The notes beneath the pieces were generated by a model. The model was not told where the DNA came from and ran no database searches. It worked only from the letters and a program-made list of their open reading frames with translations. Made by a program: the position numbers and the translations under genes. Below, piece after piece: positions 36,680 to 45,598 of a stretch of DNA of 64,000 nt. The DNA is from Myxococcota bacterium (lineage in GTDB: Bacteria; Myxococcota_A; UBA796; CAJQPC01), in assembly GCA_023150775.1 (NCBI GenBank), contig JAKLKE010000002.1:24265-88264 (forward strand), read 5' to 3'. How positions within the stretch are numbered: position 1 is the first letter of the stretch; every line of letters starts with the position of its first letter.

Positions 36680-36815
36680 GCGCCACCCCGCCGATCGTCG
36701 AGCGGCCGCCTGGACTGGAGATCTTGGGGGAGATCGGACGCGACACCTTGCCGCAGGGGTCCGCGCTGCAGAGGCGCCCATGGGCGTATAAATTCGCCTA
36801 AACCCGAGGTGAGCC

Positions 36816-37523
36816 ATGTCCAGTGCCGAGACCTTCACATCGATCACAGACGGCCTCTGGGGCTACGAGTACGATCTCTTCATGTTTGGGATCGTACACA
36901 TCACTGTGCGCCCCCTCGTGGCGACCTTGCCCGACGGTGGGCTGTGGCTGTGCTCACCCGGGCCGATCACCGACGCGCTGGCGGCGCAGATTGAGGCGCT
37001 GGGCCCTGTGCGCCACCTCGTCTCGCCGAACCTCTACCACCACCGCTATCTGGGAGACGCCGCGCGGCGCTGGCCCGAGGCGACGATCTGGGCCCCGGAG
37101 GGCCTCGCCAAAAAACGCCCCGACCTCCCGCCGCTCAAGCTCCTCGGCGCCGAGGCCGTCGCGGCCTGGGGCGGCGTGTTGGACCTCCAGCCCATCGAGG
37201 GCGCCCCGCACCTCAACGAGTGGGTGTTTTTTCACCGCCCGAGCCGCGCGCTCTTGGTGACCGACCTCTTGTTTAACCTCCAGCGCTGGGAGGGCTGGGC
37301 CGCCTCGGTCGCTTACTGGGCCACGGGCATCAGCGATCACCGCCTCGCGCAGAGCCATGAGTGGCGGCTGTCCTTGGTCAAGGATCGCGCCGCCGCCGCC
37401 CGCAGCGCCCGGGCGCTCCTCGCCTGGGAGCCGCAGCTCCTCGTGCCCAGCCACGGCGACGTGCTGCGCGCCGACGTGGTCCCCGAGCTGCGCCGGGCCT
37501 TGGCCTGGATGCTCAAAGGTTGA
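36816..37523 (+). CDS. DUF4336-like protein, paralog 2 (tandem duplicate)
   Basis: Colinear with paralog 1 throughout ('ITDGLWGYEYDLFMFGIVHITVRPLVATLPDGGLWLCSPGPITDALAAQIEALGPVRHLVSPNLYHHRYLGD'). The two share long identical nucleotide runs, e.g. 'gacgcgctggcggcgcagattgaggc'. Confidence 0.8.
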   Translation: MSSAETFTSITDGLWGYEYDLFMFGIVHITVRPLVATLPDGGLWLCSPGPITDALAAQIEALGPVRHLVSPNLYHHRYLGDAARRWPEATIWAPEGLAKKRPDLPPLKLLGAEAVAAWGGVLDLQPIEGAPHLNEWVFFHRPSRALLVTDLLFNLQRWEGWAASVAYWATGISDHRLAQSHEWRLSLVKDRAAAARSARALLAWEPQLLVPSHGDVLRADVVPELRRALAWMLKG

Positions 37524-37552
37524 TTGGTCAACCAACCAACCCGAAGCGACGT

Positions 37553-37891
37553 TTAGAGCAGGCCTTTCTCTCGCCGAGCGCGCTCACACTCTTTGTCGCC
37601 CGCCTGCACACGTTTGCAGCCGCCGGGGCGGTCTTGGTAGATGACGCAGAACACGGAGTAGCCCAGGCGGCCGCGCAGGGCGTTGCAGCGGCCGGAGGGG
37701 TCTAAGCGCAGGTGAGGTTCGCCCTCGGCGTTGTGAACGACGTAGCGTTTGTTCAGCGTGTTGTCCCGCAAGAGCCGGCTCTTGGGGTCGTTCACGAGGA
37801 TATAATCGACGCTGCCCGCGTCTACGTTCGCCTGGGCGTTGCAGCAGCAGGCGCCACAACGCATACAGTCGAGCTTCTCGTTATAGGCCAT
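37553..37891 (-). CDS. YkgJ family cysteine-cluster protein (UPF0153)
   Basis: 'CMRCGACCC' N-terminal cluster plus the distal Cys pairs 'GRCNAL' and 'GGCKRVQAGDKEC'. Confidence 0.8.
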   Translation of the reverse strand: MAYNEKLDCMRCGACCCNAQANVDAGSVDYILVNDPKSRLLRDNTLNKRYVVHNAEGEPHLRLDPSGRCNALRGRLGYSVFCVIYQDRPGGCKRVQAGDKECERARREKGLL

Positions 37892-38742
37892 CAGCCCTTC
37901 TTTGAGGGGCGCATCGCCGCCATGAACTGCTTCACCATCTCACGATCGTAGCCCGCGATGTGGCCGAACTCTTGCCCGCTGTACAGCCACTCGCCGCCGT
38001 CGATGACCACACACTCGCCGGTCATGAACGAGGCCATGTCGGACATCATGTAGGTGGCGAGGTCGGCGAGCTCTTCGGGTTTGCCGAAGCGGCGCAGCGG
38101 GATGTGGTTCAGCGCCTCTTCTTGGGCGCCGGGCATCATCAGCCGGGAGAAGGCGCCCTCGGTGGGGAAGGGCCCCGGCGCGATGGCGTTGCAGCGGATG
38201 TTGTAGTGCGCCCACTCCACCGCCAAGGACCGCGCCATGGCCAACACACCCGCCTTGGCGGCGGCGCTGGGCAACACGAAGGCCGAGCCCATCCAGGCGT
38301 AGGTGGTGACGATGGAGAGGATCACGCCGCCAGTCTTGCGCTCAATCCAGCGGCGGCCGAGCTCTTGGGTGGTGTGGAAGGTGCCGTAGAGCACGATCTG
38401 CACGACGGAGTTGAAGGCGTTGGGGCTCAGCTCTTCCGAGGGCGACAAGAAGTTGCCCGCGGCGTTGTTCACCAGGCCGTTGATCGGGCCGAGCTCAGCC
38501 TCCAAAGAGTCAACGGCGGCGGCGACGCTCGCCGGGTCGCGCACATCCGCGCTGGCCCAGGCCGCCACGCCGCCGAGGGCCTGGATCGCGGCGACCGTCT
38601 CTTGCAGGGGCTCGGGGCGGCGACCGAGCACCGCGACCTTGGCGCCGGCGCGGGCGAAGCCGAGGGCCATGGCGCGGCCGAGACCGCTGCCCCCGCCGGT
38701 CACGAGGAAGGTCTTCTCACGGAGAGTGTCGGGCGTGAACAT
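37891..38742 (-). CDS. SDR family oxidoreductase, 2,4-dienoyl-CoA reductase-like
   Basis: 'FLVTGGGSGLGRAMALGFARAGAKV' (TGxxxGxG), 'NNAAGNF' and 'SAAAKAGVLAMARSLAVEWA'. Confidence 0.88.
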   Translation of the reverse strand: MFTPDTLREKTFLVTGGGSGLGRAMALGFARAGAKVAVLGRRPEPLQETVAAIQALGGVAAWASADVRDPASVAAAVDSLEAELGPINGLVNNAAGNFLSPSEELSPNAFNSVVQIVLYGTFHTTQELGRRWIERKTGGVILSIVTTYAWMGSAFVLPSAAAKAGVLAMARSLAVEWAHYNIRCNAIAPGPFPTEGAFSRLMMPGAQEEALNHIPLRRFGKPEELADLATYMMSDMASFMTGECVVIDGGEWLYSGQEFGHIAGYDREMVKQFMAAMRPSKKG

Positions 38743-38784
38743 CGCGGGCTCCAGGCAGGTGCGCCCTGGTAACCGCTCCCCGGC

Positions 38785-40908
38785 TCACTCGCAGCCAGAG
38801 AGGCTCGTGATCCACGCCTCGATGAGCGCCACGCCCTCGGCGTCGACGACGTTTGAGCCGACCGCGGGCATCCGGTTCACGTCCAGGGCGCCCATCCGGA
38901 GGGGCAGCACGGAGCGGGTAGGGTCGCCGGGGGCGATGATGCGGGCCTCGTCTACGCCCAGGTCTCCGGCGGTGGGCTCGGCGTCGCAGGCGCCGGTCTC
39001 GGCGAGGCCGACCTCAACACGCAGGTCGAGGCCGCCCAAGCCGGGGCCGCCGGGCTGGTGGCACATCGCGCAGTTGACCTCTAGGTAGGCCCGGGCGCGC
39101 TCGTCTACGGCGCCGTCGCCGTGGGGGTCGGGCAGCGGCGTCGAGGCGGCGGGGGCGGCGGCGAGCAGGCCGATGGCCGCCCAGCGCTCAAGCTGGCCGT
39201 CGCGGTTGTTCTGGGCGAGGCTGAGGCCGAGGGTGCGCCCGGCGACTTCAGTGTGGCAGCCGAGGCACTGGGCGCGGCTGGGGTAGCTCCAGTCCTGATC
39301 GTTGAGGCCCAGCTCAGCGAGGTCTACCCGGGCGGAGGACAGGAGCAAGGTGGCGTCTTTGCCGTCCGCGTCCCACTGGTAGGTGTAGCCCGCCCAGCCG
39401 CCGTCATCGTGGCGCACCATCAGCCGGGTCTCGATGGGCTGGCCGCTCACCCGGAACATCTTCACGATCACGCTGCCGATGGGCAGCTCAAGGCGCCCGG
39501 TCGTCTCATCCACAGAGATCGTGGCGTCGTCGGGGATGGCGAACCAGCGCTCTTTCTCCGCCCCGTCCGACCAGAACGGCGCGTTCACCTCGTAGCGCAC
39601 GCTGCCGGACGACGGCAGGCTGGCGTCGGCGGGGTCTACGCAGCCCGTGGCGCTGAGCTTCTCGGGGAAGGTGGAGGCCACGGGCTCCCCGGCGGGCTCA
39701 ATCCAATACAGACCGCCGCCGCCATAGTCCACGATCAGCAGCTCTCCGGCGTTGCTCTCGCCGAACGAGACAGGGGACAGGCCCGTGTCGTCCATGAGCA
39801 CGACGGGGCTGGGATCACCCGTGGTGGGATCGTAGCTGAGCGCCCAGAGGCGGCCGCTGTAGGTGTCGGCGTAGAGGAAGTTTCCGACCAAAGCGGGCAT
39901 CGCCGCGCCACGGTACACGAAGCCGCCGACGATGGACTTGTTGCCGTCTGTGTGGGTGTACTCGGCGAGGGGCAGGATGAGGCCGGACTTGTCGCAGGAG
40001 TCGCCGCTGGGGAAACAGGCGCTGCCCTCCATCGTGTTCCAGCCGTAGTTGCCGCCGAGCTGGATGAGGTCCACCTCCTCGACCTTGTTCTGGCCGACGT
40101 CCCCCGCCCACAGCTCCCCCGTGGCCCGGTCAAAGCTCCAGCGCCAGGGGTTGCGGAGGCCCCAGGCGAAGACCTCCGGGCGGCCGCCGACGCCGTCCGA
40201 GAAGGGGTTGTCGGCGGGGATGCCGTAGGGCGCCTCCCCATCGACGTCGATGCGTAACATCTTGCCCAAGAGCGTGTCTGTGTCTTGTCCGGCGCCGAGG
40301 GGGTCTCCGGCGCTGCCGCCGTCGCCTAAGCCGAAGTACAGATATCCGTCAGGACCAAAGGCGATGCCGCCGCCGTTGTGGTTGGAGTAGGGCTGCTCTA
40401 GTTTGAGCAGGAGCTCTTCGGACTCGGGGAGGAGCTCCCCGCCCGCCATGGTGAAGCGGCTGAGGTTCGAGTACAGCGTGCGGCCCTCTTTGGAGGTGTA
40501 GCTCAAGAAGACCTGCTGATTTGACACAAACTCGGGGTGAAAGGCCAGGCCGAGCAGGCCGAGCTCGGAGGAGCTGTCATCGACACGGTCGGTGAGATCG
40601 GCGATGAGCGTGGCCTCGGTCTCGCCGTCGCGGATGGCCTGCACCCGGCCGGCCTGCTCCAGCACATAAAAGGTGGCGTCGTCGCCGGGGGCCTGGCCCA
40701 CCCACACCGGGGCGCGGAAGCCCAGGCCGTCAAACGCCGGGGTCAAGGTGACCTCGCCCGTGGCGGGCGGGCGCTCGGGGGCGACGCAGGTGAGGTTCGG
40801 GGCGCGCACCTCGTCGGCCGGGTTTGTGTCGTCGAGGCCGTCGTCCGCGCCTCCTTTGCAGGCGGCGAGGCCGATCAGCAGGGCGATCACGGGGCAGATG
40901 AGGCGCAT
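38785..40908 (-). CDS. PQQ-dependent sugar (sorbosone/glucose) dehydrogenase-like beta-propeller lipoprotein fused to a C-terminal domain with two CxxCH haem-binding motifs
   Basis: Lipobox 'LLIGLAACKGG' from ATG 40908. 'LGLLGLAFHPEF', 'PYSNHNGGGIAFGPDGYLYFGLGDGG', 'FAWGLRNPWRWSFD'. C-terminal 'AQCLGCHTE' and 'VNCAMCHQPGG'. Confidence 0.85.
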   Translation of the reverse strand: MRLICPVIALLIGLAACKGGADDGLDDTNPADEVRAPNLTCVAPERPPATGEVTLTPAFDGLGFRAPVWVGQAPGDDATFYVLEQAGRVQAIRDGETEATLIADLTDRVDDSSSELGLLGLAFHPEFVSNQQVFLSYTSKEGRTLYSNLSRFTMAGGELLPESEELLLKLEQPYSNHNGGGIAFGPDGYLYFGLGDGGSAGDPLGAGQDTDTLLGKMLRIDVDGEAPYGIPADNPFSDGVGGRPEVFAWGLRNPWRWSFDRATGELWAGDVGQNKVEEVDLIQLGGNYGWNTMEGSACFPSGDSCDKSGLILPLAEYTHTDGNKSIVGGFVYRGAAMPALVGNFLYADTYSGRLWALSYDPTTGDPSPVVLMDDTGLSPVSFGESNAGELLIVDYGGGGLYWIEPAGEPVASTFPEKLSATGCVDPADASLPSSGSVRYEVNAPFWSDGAEKERWFAIPDDATISVDETTGRLELPIGSVIVKMFRVSGQPIETRLMVRHDDGGWAGYTYQWDADGKDATLLLSSARVDLAELGLNDQDWSYPSRAQCLGCHTEVAGRTLGLSLAQNNRDGQLERWAAIGLLAAAPAASTPLPDPHGDGAVDERARAYLEVNCAMCHQPGGPGLGGLDLRVEVGLAETGACDAEPTAGDLGVDEARIIAPGDPTRSVLPLRMGALDVNRMPAVGSNVVDAEGVALIEAWITSLSGCE

Positions 40909-40953
40909 GGGGGTCTCCGGCGAGGAGCACACCGTAGCACAGGCCCCATCGGC

Positions 40954-42534
40954 TCAGAGGCCCGCGCGGTAGGCCTCTAGCTCTTTGAGGTAGCGGGTGG
41001 TGCGCACCTTGACGCCCTCGGCGGGGCGCTCGGCGGCGGAGATCGCGGCGTCTAAGCTCGCCTTCGCCTCGTCCTTTCGGCCCAAGGCCACGAGGATCTC
41101 CGCCCGGCGTTTCTCCGCGCGAAGTCGGTTGTCACCGTAGCCGGTCTTCACGGCGAGCTCCGCCTCGGCCAAGGCCTCTGGCAGGCGATCCAGGGTCAAG
41201 AGCTGGCCGGAGAGGGCGTGGTGAAAGGTGAACTCGTCGGGGTAAGCCGCCGCCGCCTGGGTCAAGAGCGCGAGGCCGTGGTCCACCTGGCCCGCGGAGA
41301 TCCAGAGGTCGGCCAAGAAGCCGTAGTGGCCCCGGTCCACGGCGATGTCGCCGCTGAGGTTCGACTCCAACAGCGCCGCCGCCGCGCCGAACAAGGCCGG
41401 CTGCTGCTCGGTCGGCGCCATCACCCCGAGCACATAGATCAGGTCCGCGCCTTGGGCCGGGGGCAGCCGGGCCACCCCCGCCAACAAGGTCGCCCGCAGC
41501 GTCGCCGCGCCTTCAGGGCTCAGCGCGCCGAGGTCCAAGGCGGCGAAGGCGTACTCGTAGACCCGCTCCGGGGCCAACCCGCAGAGCTGGATGAGCGTGG
41601 CCTCGTCTGGGCTCAAGGCTAGGCGGGTGAGCAGGGCGTCGGGGGTGCTGAGGTTCGGCGGCAACAGCGCCTTGGCCTCGTCTACCCGACCGGCGCGGGC
41701 CAATCGCAGCGCGGCGGCGGCGGCCTCGTCCGGCGTCATCGTCGGGCCCTTGGCGGCGAGCTGGTCCAGGGGCAACATCCCGGCTTGAACCCTCGTTAAC
41801 CAAGCCTCAAACGCCTCTTCTCCGGGGTAACCCTCCATCCGGTCGATCACGACGCCGTCGCTGTCGGTGACGATCAGGGTGGGGTAGGCGCCCACAGCGT
41901 AGCGGTCCTTCAGCGTCCAGCTCCAGGGCGCGTCGACGTCGACCACGGCGACGACGAAGGGCGCGAGCGCCTCGGCGTCTTCGGGATCGTGGAGCACCTC
42001 AGCGGCGAGCAGGTTGCAGGGCGGGCACCACACCGCCGAGAAGTCCAAGAGCACCAGCCGCTCATCGGACTTTGCCTGGGCGAAGGCGGCCTCTGCAGCG
42101 CCTTCTACGGCAAACATCGGCGGTGAGGCCTCGTTCGCGCTGAGGGCCAGGCCGGGCTGCCGGGCGCGGCCACGCCAGCCAGAGATCGGCAGGTCAAAGC
42201 CGACGTTCACCAGACGGCAGGTGGTGCCGCCGTCCTCACACAGTGACATCGAGAGGGCGCCCTCCACGGATGAGACGCCCGGCGGCAGCGCGAGCCGTAG
42301 GCCCTCTTGGAGATCCAAGCCGCTGGCGTCGACCACCACCCGCTGCTCGCCCAACCACAGCTCCGCGGTGACCGGGGCCTCGGGGGCGACGTGCTCCCCG
42401 GCGGGCGGGCGGGCGGTGATCCAGCCCGTGGCGCCGTGCCAGCCCAGCTCAACCTCGGGGAGCTCCGCCGCGAAGGCGAAAGAGACGAGGCACATCCAGA
42501 GGGTCACAGGGGCTCCAGTCCGCCCAAGGCCCAT
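40954..42534 (-). CDS. Secreted thioredoxin-fold protein with C-terminal TPR-like repeats
   Basis: Signal peptide 'MGLGRTGAPVTLWMCLVSFAFAAE'. 'LVLLDFSAVWCPPCNLLAAEVL' (CxxC). C-terminal 'AELAVKTGYGDNRLRAEKRRAEILVALGRKDEAKASLDAAI'. The Arg-rich track extension to 42819 is rejected. Confidence 0.8.
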   Translation of the reverse strand: MGLGRTGAPVTLWMCLVSFAFAAELPEVELGWHGATGWITARPPAGEHVAPEAPVTAELWLGEQRVVVDASGLDLQEGLRLALPPGVSSVEGALSMSLCEDGGTTCRLVNVGFDLPISGWRGRARQPGLALSANEASPPMFAVEGAAEAAFAQAKSDERLVLLDFSAVWCPPCNLLAAEVLHDPEDAEALAPFVVAVVDVDAPWSWTLKDRYAVGAYPTLIVTDSDGVVIDRMEGYPGEEAFEAWLTRVQAGMLPLDQLAAKGPTMTPDEAAAAALRLARAGRVDEAKALLPPNLSTPDALLTRLALSPDEATLIQLCGLAPERVYEYAFAALDLGALSPEGAATLRATLLAGVARLPPAQGADLIYVLGVMAPTEQQPALFGAAAALLESNLSGDIAVDRGHYGFLADLWISAGQVDHGLALLTQAAAAYPDEFTFHHALSGQLLTLDRLPEALAEAELAVKTGYGDNRLRAEKRRAEILVALGRKDEAKASLDAAISAAERPAEGVKVRTTRYLKELEAYRAGL

Positions 42535-43466
42535 TGAATGACCTTCGCGCGGGGATGAAAGGGGCGAATCTGGTCGAGGCCGAGGCCACCCACGGCGGCG
42601 TGAAGGCGGGCGGGGGCGTCGGGGGCGTCGGGCGCATAAAAATCGGCGGCGGCCTGGAGCGCGCCCAAGGGCAAGAGCCCGATGAGCTCGGCGCCGGTCA
42701 CCTCGACGCCGAGCGCGGCGGCCAAGACCTTGAGGCGCTCGACGACGACATGGGGCGGCGTCACCCGCCAGTCCACGAGGTTGGTGCTCACCTGGGCGCA
42801 GCCGTAGCCCTCGTGCCACCAGCCGATGGCGCGCACCGCGGGCAGCCCGCCGGCCAGCTCCCGCAGAGACCGGGCCAGACGCCGGGCCACGCCGACGTCT
42901 TGGGTGCTGAGGCAGAGGTTAAACGCGATGAGCACGTCCCGGGCGCCGATGGCCGCGCCCCCGGCCGTGGGGTGCGGGGTGGTGGGGCCAAAGTCGGGGG
43001 GCTCTCGGAGGAGCTTCTCGGCGAGGCCCTCCCACTCGCCGCGGCGGACCTCATGCAACAAGCGCCGATGGGCCGCCGTCGCCGCCGCGCCATAAAACCA
43101 GCCGGGCACCCCCAGGGCGCCGACCCGCTCCCCCAAGGCGCGCGCCGCGAGGACGGCGTCTTGCATCGTCACGCCCTGCCAAGGCACAAACGGCAGCACG
43201 TCGGCGGCGCCGAGGCGGGGGTGAACGCCGTGGTGGGCGCGCATGTTGATGGTGGTGACCGCCTGGGCCACCCCTCGGGCCGCCGCCTCGACGATGGCCT
43301 CGGGCGGGGCGAAGCAGGTGATCACCGCGCGGTTGGCGAAGGGATCGGCGTCGATCTCCAGCACCCGGGCGTTCGGCGCTGAGGCGATGGCGGCGGCGAT
43401 GTCCTCCAAGACGACCCGATCTCGCCCTTCAGAGAAGTTCGGCACACACTCCAGGAGCGCGCTCAC
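42504..43466 (-). CDS. ftcD: Glutamate formimidoyltransferase (formiminotransferase domain)
   Basis: 'LLECVPNFSEGRD' N-terminal signature, 'HHGVHPRLGAADVLPFVP'. 320 aa. Confidence 0.85.
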   Translation of the reverse strand: MSALLECVPNFSEGRDRVVLEDIAAAIASAPNARVLEIDADPFANRAVITCFAPPEAIVEAAARGVAQAVTTINMRAHHGVHPRLGAADVLPFVPWQGVTMQDAVLAARALGERVGALGVPGWFYGAAATAAHRRLLHEVRRGEWEGLAEKLLREPPDFGPTTPHPTAGGAAIGARDVLIAFNLCLSTQDVGVARRLARSLRELAGGLPAVRAIGWWHEGYGCAQVSTNLVDWRVTPPHVVVERLKVLAAALGVEVTGAELIGLLPLGALQAAADFYAPDAPDAPARLHAAVGGLGLDQIRPFHPRAKVIQWALGGLEPL

Positions 43467-44338
43467 GACTCGGCCCGGCCCGGGTAAACCTCGGCGGCGA
43501 GGCCCAGCGCGCGCACCCCGGCGGCGATCTCCTCCAGGCGCGGCACGTCGAGGGGGGCCACCCGGGGCGTCGCCGGGGTGCGGGCCACGGAGTAGACCTG
43601 CACCAGAGAGATGCGCCCGCCGCCGTCGATCACGTCCTTGAGGCGCCCGAGGTACGCCACGATCTCCGCGTCTGAGGGGCCCTCCCCGTCGAGCCGCAGA
43701 AACATCGACTGCACGACGACGGGGTGCCGCGCCGCGAGCTCCCCCAAGTTCTTCAGCACCCGCCCAAAGGGGAAGGTGGTGCCGTCGATGGCCTGAAACA
43801 GGGCCTCGGTGCCCGCGTCGAGCTTCACCCAGGCCTCGCCGCCCAAGGCGTAGAGCGCGTCGATGGCCTCGGCGACCCGGGGCCGGTGCAAGAGCGTGGC
43901 GTTGGTGAGCACGATGGGTTTGACACCGGCGAGGCCAAACGCCGCGAGACGTTCTCCGACCAAAGCCACGGCCTGCCCAAACCCGGCGTAGGCCGTGGGC
44001 TCTCCGTCCCCGGCGAAGGCGACGTCGTTCACCCGGCGCAGGGCCGGGGCCACGGTGTCAAAGGGCGGGACCTCCCACAACGAGCCCGAGCTCACCAGGC
44101 CCAACAGCGCGTCGAGCTCTTCCCCGAGCCGAAGAAGATCCACCTCGGTGACCGCCGGGGGCACCGAGCGGTCCACCTGACAGTAGGGGCAGTCGAAGTT
44201 GCAGACCTTGTCGGGGTTGAGGTTGACCCCGATGGAGAGCCCCTTCGAGCGCCGCGAGACCACGGGGTAGACGTAGCGGTTGTCCCCCAAGGCGCGGCGG
44301 TGATCGTTGAAGTCGAGGCGGCGTGCGGCGCTGTCCAT
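43463..44338 (-). CDS. Small radical SAM enzyme, unknown substrate
   Basis: 'KVCNFDCPYCQV' (CxxxCxxC) and 'AFAGDGEPT' (GGE-like SAM motif). I chose ATG 44338 because the longer track ORF overlaps the pentapeptide gene. 4-nt overlap with ftcD. Confidence 0.8.
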   Translation of the reverse strand: MDSAARRLDFNDHRRALGDNRYVYPVVSRRSKGLSIGVNLNPDKVCNFDCPYCQVDRSVPPAVTEVDLLRLGEELDALLGLVSSGSLWEVPPFDTVAPALRRVNDVAFAGDGEPTAYAGFGQAVALVGERLAAFGLAGVKPIVLTNATLLHRPRVAEAIDALYALGGEAWVKLDAGTEALFQAIDGTTFPFGRVLKNLGELAARHPVVVQSMFLRLDGEGPSDAEIVAYLGRLKDVIDGGGRISLVQVYSVARTPATPRVAPLDVPRLEEIAAGVRALGLAAEVYPGRAES

Positions 44339-44381
44339 GCCCCGAATGTAGCGCGGCGGGGGCTGGGGCGGGCGCGACGGG

Positions 44382-44750
44382 CTACCAGCTCGGCCTCTCT
44401 CCTCTCGGAAACGTGTCGCCTGAGACGCTCGCCCCCTCGAACTCGCAGCCCTCAAGACGCGCGCCGACGAAGGTCGCCCCGTCAAGGCAAGCGCCTGTGA
44501 AGTCGGCGGCGCGGAGGTCTGCGTTGGTGAAGAGGCAGGTCTTCACGTTCGCGCCGACAAAACGTGCGCGACGAAGGCTCGCGCCCTCAAAGTTGATGAC
44601 CAGATAGGCGCCGCTGAAGTTGATGTCGTCGAGGACCGCGCCGTTGAGGGGGGTGGCGTCAGGGGGGTCCTCGACCTCAAGGCCGAAGAAGTCTCGCTCG
44701 CCCGCCGCGTAGCGCTGCAGGATCGTCGTAGACGTCAAGATCTCATCCAT
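44382..44750 (-). CDS. Pentapeptide repeat protein
   Basis: Contiguous A(D/N)LxG-type pentads: 'NFSGAYLVINFEGASLRRARFVGANVKTCLFTNADLRAADFTGACLDGATFVGARLEGCEFEGASV'. Confidence 0.88.
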   Translation of the reverse strand: MDEILTSTTILQRYAAGERDFFGLEVEDPPDATPLNGAVLDDINFSGAYLVINFEGASLRRARFVGANVKTCLFTNADLRAADFTGACLDGATFVGARLEGCEFEGASVSGDTFPRGERPSW

Positions 44751-44795
44751 GGTGGAGCTCCGTGGCCGCGAGTATGGGGTGCGTCAAGCGCAGGG

Positions 44796-45302
44796 CTACT
44801 CGTCGCCCGATTCGCCTGGGTCGGGACCGTCCCCCTTGACGAAGACGAAGGGCACACCGAGCGTCTCGGCAAACTCGCGCCCGAGGCGCCGGGCGATCAC
44901 GGGCTCCGGCCAGGGGGGCAGCTGCCCGTTGAAGAGCCGCATGTCTCCTCCAGGCGCCCGCAGGGCCGCGAGATAGACCGCCTGTGGATCGTGGTGTTCT
45001 GCAAACATCACCTCCAACCGAACGAACCAGCCCGCGGTGTCCCCATCCCACTCGGCCTGAACCGCCACGGCCCCCTCAGGGGACAACGACCCAAAACGTT
45101 CGCGGGCCGTCGCCTCTTGCTCCTCAAGGCTCGGGTCGGGAAAGAGGGCCTGGCGTCGGGGGATCACGACGGCCATCGCCTCCGGGAGCCCCACCATAAA
45201 TCGCTCCTTGACGTGTTTGGCGGCAGCGACGATCCCCCCCCCACGAAGAACCTCATCCAGCTCCTCGATCTCAGCCGGCGTCAAGGTGGGGATCTTGGTC
45301 AT
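44796..45302 (-). CDS. Hypothetical protein (168 aa)
   Basis: Balanced composition, ATG start, no recognised motif. Confidence 0.55.
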   Translation of the reverse strand: MTKIPTLTPAEIEELDEVLRGGGIVAAAKHVKERFMVGLPEAMAVVIPRRQALFPDPSLEEQEATARERFGSLSPEGAVAVQAEWDGDTAGWFVRLEVMFAEHHDPQAVYLAALRAPGGDMRLFNGQLPPWPEPVIARRLGREFAETLGVPFVFVKGDGPDPGESGDE

Positions 45303-45598
45303 AAGGCAGCTCGAAGGTCAAGAGTGTCACAATCAGAGGGCGGAGGGCTCGCAGCGCGGCTTGGACACGCCGAGCCCGCAGCAGTCTCCCGCGGCGCAGC
45401 GACCGTGTCAATCGCGCTCGCGCTCAACGGTCGCGCCGGGTTGAACCTTGAGGGGCTCGGGACCGCTCATTGAACGATCACGTTCCAGACGGCCTCCTCG
45501 CTGCATCACTATGCGCTATCGCCAAACAAATGCAGATATATGCGCCCTTTTTTGGCCCCTCCGCCCTCGCCCGCCGCACCCCCGGATAGTCGAGGGTC

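Noticed and set aside
42535-42819. 95-aa Arg-rich N-terminal extension of the Trx-TPR ORF
   Set aside because: It overlaps the ftcD coding region. The internal ATG at 42534 yields a proper signal peptide.
45525-45560. AT-rich patch with a T6 run ('atgcagatatatgcgcccttttttgg') considered as a terminator
   Set aside because: I could not find a stable GC-rich hairpin immediately upstream of the T-run on either strand. It is more likely promoter/UP-element sequence for the Rpn-like gene about 40 bp downstream.
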